Positions 50,811 through 62,335 of a DNA stretch of 64,000 bases are shown here, piece after piece (within the stretch, counting starts at the first letter, position 1; each line of letters opens with the position of its first letter). This stretch comes from Cenococcum geophilum. Taxonomy: Eukaryota. The position numbers were made by a program, and so were the translations under genes. The stretch spans positions 5,394,001 to 5,458,000 of the forward strand of contig CP158635.1 of the NCBI GenBank assembly GCA_050273025.1, in the 5' to 3' direction. The notes beneath the pieces are model-generated. The model was not told the DNA's origin. It saw nothing but the letters and a program-made list of their open reading frames with translations, and ran no database searches.

Positions 50811-51282
50811 TCTGGCGACGGTCGTGTGGCGATGACGACGGTCATCTGGCTCCGGCGACGGTCGTCCAGCTCTGGCGACGGTCATCTGGCTCCGGCGACG
50901 GTCGTCTAGCTCTGACGACGGTCGTCTGGCTCTGACGGTCGTCTAGCTCTAGCGACGGTCGTCTAGCTCTGGCGACGGTCGTCTAGCTCTGGCGACGGTC
51001 ATCTGGCTCCGGCGACGGTCGTCCAGCTCTGGCGACGGTCATCTGGCTCCGGCGACGGTCGTCTAGCTCTGACGACGGTCGTCTGGCTCTGACGGTCGTC
51101 TAGCTCTGGCGACGGTCATCTGGCTCCGGCGACGGTCGTCTAGCTCTGACGATGGTCGTCTAGCTCTGACGACGGTTGTCCAGCTCTGACGACGGTCGTC
51201 TGGCTCTGACGACGGTCGTCTGGCTCTGGTGACGGTCGTCCAGCTCTGGCGACGGTTATCTGGCTCCGGCGACGGTCGTCTG
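50811..51282. repeat. 20-bp minisatellite GGCGACGGTCGTCTAGCTCT (~23 units)
   Basis: Period-20 units with a GACGACGGTCGTC / GACGGTCGTC hairpin-like core. Confidence 0.9.
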
Positions 51283-51445
51283 CTGGCTGTCGTTCTGGTA
51301 TCTTCCTAGGTAGGGAGGATATAAGGAAGGGTAAAAAATGAGGTGGCTACCTAGGTGTATATAGGGGTATACTTAGCAGAGGCACGTGTAGAGGCTATTA
51401 GGAATATAGCGGGGACCCAATAGTAGTATGTCGCGCGCACACATA

Positions 51446-52270
51446 AAGGCTTTGTATAAAGCTTCGTGTAGAGCCTCTATACGCAGAGCTTCGCGCAGAG
51501 CCTTATACAGAGCCTCTATATATAGAGCTTCGTATAGAGCTTCGTAGAGCTTTATGTAGAGCTTCGTATAGAGCTTTATATAGAGCTTTATGCAGAGCTT
51601 CGTGTAGAGCTTCGTGTAGAGCTTTATATAGAGCTTTATACAGAGCTTTATATAGAGCCCGTAGAGCCTTATATAAAGCTTTATATAGAGCTTTATACAA
51701 AGCCTCGCGTAGAGCTTCGCGTAGAGCTTTATATAGAGCTTTATACAGAGCCTTATGCAGAGCCTCTATATACAGAGCTTTATATAGAGCCTTATATAGA
51801 GCCTCGTGTAAAGCTTTATATAGAGCTTTATATAGAGCTTCGTATAGAGCTTTATATAAAGCTTCGTGCAGAGCTTTATATAGAGCTTCGTGCAGAGCTT
51901 CGTGCAAAGCTTCGTATAGAGCTTCGTGTAGAGCTTTATATAGAGCTTCGTGCAAAGCTTTGTATAGAGCTTTGTGTAGAGCTTTATATAGAGCTTTATA
52001 CAGAGCTTTGTGTAGAGCTTTATATAGAGCTTTATATAGAGCTTTGTGTAGAGCTTCGTGTAGAGCTTTATATAGAGCTTCGTACAGAGCTTTATATAGA
52101 GCTTCGTGCAGAGCTTTGTGTAGAGCCTTATATAGAGCCTTAGTATGTAGAGCTTCGTATAAAGCCCGTAGAGCCTTATATAAAGCTTTGTGTAGAGCTT
52201 CGTATAGAGCTTTATGCAAAGCTTTATATAGAACTTCGTGTAGAGCTTTATATAAAGCCTTATACAGAAC
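51446..52270. repeat. 12-bp minisatellite GCAGAGCTTCGT, RIP-variant (~68 units)
   Basis: Period 12; produces the spurious (K/E)AL(Y/H) ORFs. Confidence 0.9.
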
Positions 52271-52277
52271 CTTTAGC

Positions 52278-52514
52278 TATTAGGAAAAAAAAATTTGGGC
52301 ACGTTATTACAAGCGAAAATCGGGGTCTGCGTAAGTCGTAATTTTAGCAATTTGCTATAAACACATAGATAGGCCAGGCGCGTGCATAGGTAGCCTATGT
52401 GTTTATAGCACATTGCTGCAAATTGCCCGCAAATTGCTAAAATTGCAACTTACGCAGGTTTTGCAGACCCCGATTTTCGCTTGCAATAACGGGGCCAAAT
52501 TTTTTTTCCTAATG
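52278..52514. repeat. ~237-bp palindrome forming the right end of element 1
   Basis: TATTAGGAAAAAAAATTTGGGC.CGTTATT.CAAGCGAAAATCGGGGTCTGC is mirrored by GCAGACCCCGATTTTCGCTTGCAATAACGGGGCCAAATTTTTTTTCCTAATG. Confidence 0.85.
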
Positions 52515-55046
52515 TAAGGTTACATAACATGATTTATATAATCTATAGGATCTATATAATCCGTAATAGAGTAAATAGAGCACACGTATATTATGTATAA
52601 GAAGGATTTTATAGGAGTACGGTTGTATATTTAAGGACCCTTAGTCCCTACCTAGATAGTTCCTTCCTTATAGTAATTCTCAGAATACAATTAGAGTTAA
52701 TCTATTAGGCAACCACTCTACCAGTTATTATTACTCGTTAACCTCTGTACTTATATTACCTATATACCTAGCCTAATAATAAGCCCATTATAGTTCTTAC
52801 TATAAGGTTCCGTTATATAATTACTACCTAGTTACGGTATTAATATAGAAGTTGAACAATATGCCACTAAAAGTAGCTACTATAACGCTATTAACGGCGG
52901 CAACTATATTGGGATTAGGTAACGACACTAGTATAGTAAACACTAACTTATAGCAACCTATAACGGTTAGATAACTATAAAAGATAATTAACTAGCTAAT
53001 AGAAAACAATATAATATTAAAGAATAGGATTAACGGGATAGGCGCAGTAAAGGTTAAGTTACCATTAATTAAAAGATTCTTAGGAGAAAAATTAAAGCTT
53101 AAAGGATTCCTTATGTAAATGCACTTTAAGGTTACGTAAGAGGGAGCTAAGCTAGCAATACCTATGGATTAAATAGTGTATATAGGATTGTTCTTAACAG
53201 AAAGGGCACTTAAATAGTTTAAGCCTTACTTTATAGAAATCCAGGTAAATGGAATAATAACTATAAACTAAGAGGTACGGTTTATATTCTTAAGCTAGAA
53301 TAGATTTATAGAACAACTTACGCAAATATTTAGAGACCTAGAGGCAGTAACTATAGCGGAAAGAAAACTCTAAGACATTACGCAATAAACCTTAGCAATT
53401 AAATACATAATGTAGTTCTAGATATTAGTAATATAAGTTAAGTAGAATAATAGGGCGCTTATAGCACAGTATAAATAGGGACTTAAGGCTAAAGTCTAGG
53501 ATATAATTATTCTAATAAAAGATACGGATACCCTAAGGGAACTAATAGATTAGGCGATTAAGATTAATAATTAAATCTACTAAAGGGAGCAGACTAAGCA
53601 AGGTTAGGATAGAGTTCTATAGTTATATAAGGCGCAGAGTACGCAATAACTAAAGCTAAGGTTAAAACTATAGTATAGCACAGAGCTAATAAACCTAAGC
53701 GGTACTAAAGAAGCCTATATAAGATGGAGTAAAAAACTATAAAAACCTAGAGGTTAAGGATCTAGTAATTATAGGACTAAGGAGTAGAGGCTAAACCAGG
53801 GATCTTAGCAGCAGAAGACGTTTAGGCGGACTTTATAGCAAGAAAAATAGTTTAAAAAGGGAGCTTATATAAATTGCGGGAAATAAGGTTATTATGTTAG
53901 AGACTATAGAAGTAGGCAGAGTTACTATATAGTAAAAGGCATAAGACTAGTAGACGATATATATATATAGAGGGATAATAATATACTACGAGGAATAAAA
54001 GAGTGTTTAATTAGAAGTTTCGCGTTTTATTATAATAACGTATACTAAATTTATAAGGACGCTAAATATAGTGCAAGCTATTAGCTATAGGAGCTATACT
54101 TAGCAAAGTATAAAGAAACTAATGAACCAGTTCGCAGATCGGATATTAAAAATAATAAATTTAATAAAGGCAAAATATTTTATAACAATGAGGTAATAAG
54201 GGCGGTTTACTAGGAACACGTAGCTATTAGAGATGTTATACTAAAGGTAGAGAATAATTCTACTATAAAATAGGGAACATTAGTAGGGATTAAGACCCCG
54301 CTAAATATAATATCTATCGCTTCGCAAAACGTAAGAGAAGTAGGATAGCGAGCTACTTTAGCACTCGGTAAAGGTAAAAGGCTAAAAGCTTAAGATTCTT
54401 AAGACGAGATAAGAGATAACTAAGATTCTTAAAATAAGATAAGGTAAGCTTAAAGACCTATAACAGACAATAACCGATAGAGTAGAGTGACGGCTTAGTT
54501 TAAAGATATATAAATAAGCTTAGGACGAAGTTTCCTATAGGTATAAGATTCTTAAGACAAGATAAGTAAGATTTAAGACTCTTAAGATAAGATAAGAATA
54601 CTAAGTAAGCCTAGTTAGACTAAGGCTAGAGCTAGGCTTAAGTTAGAAGCAAGCTTAAGATTAAAGAATCTAAGGGGCTAAGAATTCGGAGAACGAATTA
54701 GGACACCTATAGATAAGAAGTAAGAAGCTTCTTCATCGGCAAAATATTATAGGCTGCTAATGGTCTCAGTTACCAGTAATCGGCGCAGTTAGCGCGCAGT
54801 TTAGGTTATTTGGCTACTTGACCAACCTACCTATGTCGTGTTTTTTTTGACAGGTAAACTGCGTAAACTGCGCGTAAATTGCGCGTAAACTGCGCGCAAA
54901 CTGCGCATTTAGCAACTACAATTATATTTAGAGCTATTTACTTCTTTTATATTAATAGTATATTTTAAATAATAAAAACTATTTTAAAGCCGTTTATAAG
55001 GCTAGTAAAATAAATTGTATACACTTCTTTATATAATCTATTATGT

Positions 55047-55405
55047 CTACATCTACCTACCTGTCTGCATCGTCTACCTATCTGCATCGTCTACCTGTCT
55101 ACATCGTCTACCTATCTGCATCGTCTACCTGTCTGCATCGTCTACCTATCTGCATCGCCTACCTGTCTGCATTACCCACCCGTCTACATCGCCTACCTAT
55201 CTACATCGTCTACCTATCTGCATCACCTACCTGTCTATATTGCCTACCTGTCTACATCTGCTTGCCTATCTGCATCTACCTACCTATCTCTATCTGCCTA
55301 CCCGTTAGTATCTACCTACCTATCTGCATTTACTTACCTATTTATATTTACCTCCTGTCGTATCTGCCTACCCGTTAGCGTCTGCCTATCTATGCCTACC
55401 TGTCT
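55047..55405. repeat. 17-bp CTACCT(A/G)TCTGCATCGT minisatellite, degenerating 3'
   Basis: Direct reading; the ORF translation cycles with a 17-aa period. Confidence 0.8.
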
Positions 55406-55467
55406 GTGTTACCTTAATTCGATCGATTAATTAAATCGTTTATAGTGTTTGCTAGCTAGTCGTTGTC

Positions 55468-56008
55468 ATCTGGCTCTGGCGACGGTTGTCTAGTTCTAGT
55501 AACAATGGTCTAGCTCTGGCGACGGTGGTCTGGTTCTGGTAACGGTGGTCTAGTTCTAGCAACGGTAGTCTGGTTCTGGCGACGGTCGTCCGGTTCTGGC
55601 GATGGTCGTCTAGTTCTGGCGACGGTCGTCTGGTTCTAGCAACGGTCATCTGGTTCTAGCAACGGTTGTCTAGTTCTAGCAACGGTCGTCTAGCTCTAGC
55701 GACGGTCGTCTAGCTCTAGCGACGGTTGTCTAGTTCTAGTAACGGTCGTCTGGTTCTAGGGCGGTCGTCTGGCTCTAATGACGGTCGTCTGGCGACGGCG
55801 ACGGTCGTCTGGTTCTGGCGACGGTCGTCTGGTTCTGGCAACGGTCGTCTGGTTCTGGCGACGGTCGTCTGGTTCTAGCAACGGTCGTCTGGTTCTGGCG
55901 ACGGTCGTCTGGTTCTAGCGACGGTCGTCTGGTTCTAGTAACGGTCGTCTGGTTCTGGCGACGGTCGTCTAGTTCTGGCAACGGTCGTCTAGTTCTGGCG
56001 ACGGTCCT
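55468..56008. repeat. 20-bp minisatellite GGCGACGGTCGTCTGGTTCT (~27 units)
   Basis: Period 20; homologous to the array in element 1. Confidence 0.9.
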
Positions 56009-56205
56009 CTGCTAGCTGCCGTTCCAGTGCCTCCTAAGTTAGGGAGGATGTAAGGAAGGGTAAAAATTAAGGTGGCTGCAAATTGATGAAATGGGTTGAT
56101 TAATTGTCTGGGCCCCTGAGGGCTTTGAGCTACAAAGAGATTTTACAGTGCACGTGACCTGTGCACGTGACCTGTGCCTTAGAGAGAATATAGATTATCT
56201 GACAG

Positions 56206-56381
56206 ATGCAGAGCTTCGTGTAGAGCCTCCGTACGCAGAGCTTCGCGCAGAGCCTCGTGCAGAGCCTCTGTACGCAGAGCTTCGTGCGGAGCTTCGTGCG
56301 GAGCCTCGTGCGGAGCCTCTGTCGCGGAGCTTCGTGCAGAGCTTCGTGCAGAGCTTCGTGTAGAGCTTCGTGCAGAGCCTC
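56206..56381. repeat. 12-bp minisatellite GCAGAGCTTCGT (~14 units)
   Basis: Homologous to 51446-52270 and less RIP-mutated. Confidence 0.9.
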
Positions 56382-56520
56382 TTGTAATTAGCATATAACT
56401 TAAATAATATATTATATTACCTCAATTGCATATTAAGGAATATATAAGTTAGTTAACTGCGTATTATTTAACTTTTAAATATGTTAAGTTGGTTAACTAC
56501 ATGTCATTTAACTTTTGAAT

Positions 56521-56661
56521 ATGTTAAGTTGGTTAATTGCGTGTTAAGTTGGTTAATTGCGTGTTAAGTTGGTTAATTGCGTGTTAAGTTGGTTAATTGC
56601 GTGTTAAGTTGGTTAATTGCGTGTTAAGTTGGTTAATTGCGTGTTAAGTTGGTTAAATTGC
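56521..56661. repeat. 20-bp tandem repeat GTGTTAAGTTGGTTAATTGC x7
   Basis: Five identical units plus two near-identical flanking units. Confidence 0.92.
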
Positions 56662-59600
56662 ATGTCAATTACGCGAAACGCGCTTAGCAAAGTCAACTTG
56701 AAACCCAGCCTGCGAATATTTTCCCGATGTTTACAGATTAGAGAATCTGTAATATAAATAGCAACTAAACTAGGAGACAGATATATGGACTTAGAGGACT
56801 TACTAGTAAAATACAGTATTTAGACTAAAGATTAAAAAGTCAATATTAAGATTAAGAAGTAAGAGAACTTCGAGGATTAGAGCGCAAGACGTAAACTAAA
56901 AAAAACTATAGCAGAGTTTAAATAAAGAATTATCGTATAGTAAGAATAGAAACTAGATAAAAGATCTAGTATAGTGGGACATATAAGGGACAGAGCGTTA
57001 GTACGCAGAATTACTAATAGGCCTAGAGTAGGCATACTAAGAGCTAAGTGGCTTATTGAACTGGAAAACGAAAAGGATCTAGGGATCCCTATTAGATTTA
57101 AGGAACAATATATAAAGGGCTGTTACGATATAGTAATAAGAAGATACTTCCTTACAGATAAGCTGTATATACTTTAGCAGCTGTACTAAAAGTGGTATAG
57201 ACAGAGGCATAATAACGAGTGGGAAGATTTCTATATATAGTTGGACGAAAAAGTTATCTAAGACCACCTGATTATAAAAAAGGCCATAAATTATATTAAA
57301 GGAGCCTTAATTATAACGTTAAAGGATCTAAAGGAATAATTAGAGGACTAGAGAAGTAAAAGACGTATCTTAGTACCTATAAATAAAGTTATAACGTTTA
57401 GATTAGCATAATAAAGGTTTAAACTTAAGGATAAAGACGAGCTAAGAGTTAACCTAAAGCACCTAGTATACTATATGCTATTATAGATTGTATACGTGGA
57501 TAATATATATAAGATATATAAGAACCTAAAAAAAAAAAAAGGAAATACCCTATAAGGATATATTGGATAACGGATAAGTAATAATATAGGAATGCTAAGT
57601 ATATGCATAGCTGGCATTTAGCGGAAGTTTAGGAGTTAGGCGACTTAATACTTTAACTAAAAAGATTCCTTACGGAAAAATGCCTAGATAGATAATAGTA
57701 GTGGGAATATCTAGAGAATACCTATCTATAGTATATTAAAGATAAAAAGCGAACTAAGTATTAGCTAAAGAGTAAGCTAAGTATATAAGGATTAAGTAGC
57801 TAATAGTTGGGAAAAGTAAAGGCCTATAGGACTAGAGGGAGCTAGTAATAGAGCCCTAGACCCTTAAAGGAATTTAAGGATAATACCTAAATTTACAAGT
57901 TAAGTGGTAAGATTAATAGTTTAAAGCGCTAATAGATAGTAAAGTAACGCGGAACTATATCTTACTAGCAGTAGTTAAAAAAATAGGATTACCTTATAGA
58001 TAGAAGGAGCAATCTTACCTATTAGTGATAATTTTAGGAGATCTAATAGCCTATAGAGGAGGGATTATTAATCTTAAAACAGGACTTATCCAGATAACTA
58101 TTAAAAGGAGATAAATTGAGATATCTTTTAACATATTACTATTAGGAAATAATAAGGCAGTATTAGGAATGCCTTAGTTACAGGAGTATAATTTAAGGAT
58201 TGATTGGGTTACAGGTTAAGTTAATATTAGAGATACTTAATACTGTAAGATGCGATAATAAGCTAAGTTAGTATAGTACTAAGTAGGAGTAACCTATAAA
58301 GAAATAGAAAAAGGACTAAGTTACGTACTAAAGAGATACTATAAGTATAGTAAGAAACTATAGTTACTAAAAAGTAAGAAGCTGTTAGAGTATATAGTAT
58401 AGGACTATAAGATAGAATTAAAACTAGGAATAAGTCTAAGGTTCTTTCTAATCTATAAGCTTACTAAAGAAGAAGGTAGAGTATTAAAAGAGTTTATCTA
58501 AGAGAACTTATAAAAGGGATATATTAGACCATCACAGTTATTAGCGGGATATCTAGTATTGTTTATACTAAAGAAAAATAGCAAGCTAAGGCTATACATC
58601 GACTATAGATAGTTAAATAGCATTACCAGAAAGGATTAGTATCCTTTACCCTTAATTAGCGAAATCTAAGACAGGATAGGTAACGCGTAAATCTTTATAA
58701 AGATAGATCTAAAATAGGCGTACTATTAGATTAGGATTAAGGAAGGCAATAAATAGAAAGCAGCCTTTAGGTTAAAGGAAGGACTATATAAACTATTAGT
58801 TATATAATTTGGGCTTATAAACGCACTAACAATGTATTAGGAGCACACTTAGATGAATTTATTATAGTATACCTTAACAATATTATTATCTACTTAATAA
58901 CTAAGGAAGAGTATGGGGAATATGTTAAGTGGGTCTTAAAGAGACTATAAGAAGAATAGATGCCAGTAGTAATTAAGAAATGCGAGTTCTTTACTAAAAA
59001 GACCGATTTTGTAGAATTTATTATTAAACTAGGCTAACTTAGTATAGATCTAAAGAAAATTAAGGCTATAGTAAATTAGTAAGAACTAGAGAATATTATA
59101 TAGTTAAGATTATTTTTAGGGTTTTATAATTACTATAGAAGGTTTATAGCGCAGTAGTTAAAGGATATTAAGCCACTTACGCGACTAATAAAGAAAGAAG
59201 AACTATAGGCATAGGGAAAGGAGTAGTAAAAATTATTTAAAAAAATTAAGGAATTGTTTACCTAGGAGCTAGTTCTTAAGATCTATTAACTAGGACTAGA
59301 GATAGTTATAGAAACAGATATATTAGACTATATACTAAGGGCGTACTTTACGCAGAAATATTAAGATAAATGGCACCTAGTAGTATACTATAGTCGGAAA
59401 ATAACACTACTAGAGTTAAACTATGATATCTATAATAAGGAGTTATTAGGTATAGTTATAGTATTAAAGGAATAAAGAGTATTTTTACAAGGCATAGAGA
59501 AACTATTTATAGTTAAGATAGATTATAAGAACTTAACAGAATTTCTAATAATAAAGGAACTTAATTAAAGATAGGTTAGATAGGCAGAGATACTTACGGA

Positions 59601-61219
59601 ATACTATTTTAAGATTTAGTATACTAAAGGTATAGACAATATATGAGCAGATGATCTAAGTTAGAAGGCTAAACTATAAAACTAAAAGAAGCCATTAGGG
59701 GCTTTACTGCGAAAAGATATAGACGGACTAATTAGGTATAATTATCTAAAGATTATAGCAACTTAGGAGGAACTAAAGAAAGTTTATAAGTCTCTAGAAA
59801 GCTTTTAGGCATAAAGAATTCTAAAAGTATAACTAGAAGATCTGTAGACGGATATATACAAAAATTAAGAAGCTAAGTATATCTTAAAAAGCATAGCAGA
59901 GCAATTTATAAAGGAATTCTATAAGGGATTAACTTAAGGATATAATAGAGCTATAGGCTTAGTGTTAAGACTCTAAGAGGAGTATATTATTAATAGAATC
60001 TAGAGAATAGCTAAAAAGGTTATAAAAGAATATCTAGATTGCTAAAGGAATAAACTAGTAAGGCATAAGCTATATAAAGGGCTACAACCTATTAAAACAC
60101 CAAAAAGACTATAGGAGGTTATATTATAGAACTTTATTATTAAGTTACTAAGGTTAAGAGACCCTATTACTAGATAGGATTACAACGCGATTTTAGTAAT
60201 AGTAGATAAGCTTATAAAGTAGGGATACTTTATAGCATGCATAGAAGAAATCTTAGCGGAAGATATTGCTAGAATCTATGTTAAAGAAGTATTTATAAGA
60301 CATAGAGTACTAAGTAAGATTATATTGGATAGAGATTTAAGATTTATAGCAGTATTTTAGGAGGTATTTTTAGCGAAATAAGGAGTTTAAGTAGCAACTT
60401 TTACCGTATATTATCCGCAGACAGACGGTTAAATAGAAAGATTAAATTAGACACTAGAGCAGTATCTAAGGTACTATATTAATTATATACAGAATAATTA
60501 GGTATCGCTATTACTAATTACACAATTTATATATAATGTAATACCTTAAGAAGGAATAGGTATATTACTATTTAAGGCAAATTACGGATATAAGCTAAGA
60601 ATATCGTTGTTACTATAATAAGTAAAGAAGATAAGTAGTACAGCTAAAGAAAGAATAAAAACGTTAATGAATCTTTATATAGACCTTATAGAATTAGTAA
60701 AGAAAGTATAAAAAAGAATAAAAAGGTACTATAATGCTAAGAGATCTAAGGGACTAGATCTTAAGGAGGGAGATAAAGTATAGCTACTACACAAAAATTT
60801 TAAGAGTTGACAATTAAGTAAAAAGTTAGACTATATTAGACTAGGACCTTTTAAAATTATATAAAGAATTTCACTAGTTATATTTAAGTTAAACCTACTA
60901 GCTAAAATAAAGATCTACCCTATATAGTATATTATAATACTAGAGCTAGTATATAGGAATATTAAGCCACTAGTTTATAAAGTAGATATATATAGAGGAT
61001 AGGAAGAAGATAAATAGTAAGTTTTAAAGATTATTAGTTATAAGGATATTAACAATAAAATATAGTATAAGGTTAAGTGGATAGGCTATAATAAGACTAC
61101 CTAGGAGCTACTAGAGAATTTAAAAAATGCTATAAGAAAGGTATAGGAGTATTAAAAGAAATTAGGTTAGGCAGTATTAATAAAAAAGGATCGCTAAAGA
61201 ATAAGTTACCTAAGGGGGA

Positions 61220-61810
61220 CCTAAGAAGAGTAGTTGCCGAGCTACTTAGACCTGTTTCCTTCTCTATTAAAGGAAAATCTATTCTTTTATTACTAAGTTC
61301 CTATAGATCCTATTTTATAAGTTTCCACTCCTTAGAATAAACCTTCTTATATATCTTCTTAAGACGGATTAACTAAGCGGACGCCATAAAACGAGACTTA
61401 AGGGCCCGTTGCTAAGCTTCGGCAGCCTCTTATTTAGCATTATAGAAATAGCGCAACTCCGCCAGAGTAATAGACAGTTTATTATCTAGCTATATAGCAG
61501 CAGATTAAATATAAGACCCTAAGACAAGTTAATTAGGGAACTAGACAACTATTAAGAGTAATAGGTTATGTATATTTAGTATTAGAGACGGAGCAAATAT
61601 TATAGGATAAACAAATATTCGCTTTAGTGCACTTTAAGTAAAAGGACGGTTATCGCGAAGATGGGTTCGCTAATATAATATAAACTAACCCCTCTTTTAA
61701 ACAACGAGAATATAGAGACGGTATAATCTCACTAAGAGACAATATCGCAGTAATAGTACGAGTACGACAAGCGGTTAAGGAAGAAGAAATTGCTTTAGGT
61801 ATAATAAGCA
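61220..61810 (-). pseudogene. Antisense accessory gene relic of gypsy B
   Basis: IPSLYSRCLKEGLVYIILANPSSR*PSFYLKCTKANICLSYNICS; colinear with the copy A relic. Confidence 0.55.
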
Positions 61811-61910
61811 ACAATATTAACTAAATTAATTAGATGAATATCACACCTTTAGTAAACAACTTAGAGATATTAGGAATCTTTAATGATAAAGATAAAGAGG
61901 AGGGAGATGG

Positions 61911-62335
61911 TGTTACGGACGCTTTAAGTACGATATTATAACTACTTAGGGAAGAGTTAGAAGAAGCTAGTTAGTTAATATAAGTACGGTTTAAGATGGA
62001 ATTAGTGGAGCTATATAATAAGGAATAGTAACCGAGGTTACGTAATATAATCTATATAATCTGTAGAATCTATATAATTCGTAATAGAGTAAATAGAGCA
62101 CACATATATTATGTATAAGAAGGATTTTATAGGAGTATAGTTGTGTATTTAAGGACCCTTAGTCCCTACCTAGATAGTTCCTTCCTTATAGTAATTCTTA
62201 GAATATAATTAGAGTTAATCTGTTAGGCAACCACTCTACCAGTTATTATTACTCGTTAACCTCTATACTTGCATTACCTACATACCTAGCCCAATAACGA
62301 GCCTATTGTAGTTCTTGCTACAAGGTTCCGTTATA
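61911..62335 (+). repeat. Gypsy B 3' LTR
   Basis: TGTTACGG...CCGTTATA after the PPT GAGGAGGGAGA, followed by the TSD AGAAG. Confidence 0.9.

Larger units (their letters stand above)
50050..52514. mobile_element. Non-autonomous satellite-carrying element 1 (CATCAGGAAA...TTTCCTAATG), 2-bp TSD TA
   Basis: Interrupts the gypsy B 5' LTR. Removing it plus one TA restores the length of the 3' LTR (GTAAC-TA-AGGTTAC vs GTAAC-CG-AGGTTAC). Confidence 0.85.
54734..56729. mobile_element. Non-autonomous satellite-carrying element 2 (CATCGGCAAAATATT...AATATTTTCCCGATG), 2-bp TSD TT
   Basis: Interrupts gypsy B gag. Removing it plus one TT restores colinearity with copy A (AGCTTC-TT-TACAGATTAGAG vs AGCTTC-GC-TATAGATTAGAG). 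~23-bp imperfect TIR. Confidence 0.85.
49926..62335 (+). mobile_element. Ty3/gypsy chromovirus copy B, RIP-mutated, carrying two internal insertions
   Basis: 5' LTR 49926-52817 (interrupted), 3' LTR 61911-62335 and 5-bp TSD AGAAG (49921-25, 62336-40). Colinear with copy A. Confidence 0.93.

Noticed and set aside
50811..51282. CRISPR-like array (palindromic repeats)
   Set aside because: The units are contiguous with no unique spacers, there are no cas genes, and the context is eukaryotic.
51503..52283. 238-aa and 107-aa (K/E)AL(Y/H) / RAL(Y/C) repeat ORFs
   Set aside because: Translation of a stop-free 12-bp minisatellite; the variation is RIP-type and there is no unique flanking coding sequence.
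55015..56394. Short repetitive ORFs in element 2
   Set aside because: The 17- and 20-bp units cycle through reading frames, so they are not coding repeats; the 12-bp-array ORFs are likewise satellite translations.
39354..62335. Segmental or tandem duplication, or assembly artefact, producing gypsy A and B
   Set aside because: Each copy has its own TSD and LTR subtype, and they differ by indels and transversions.
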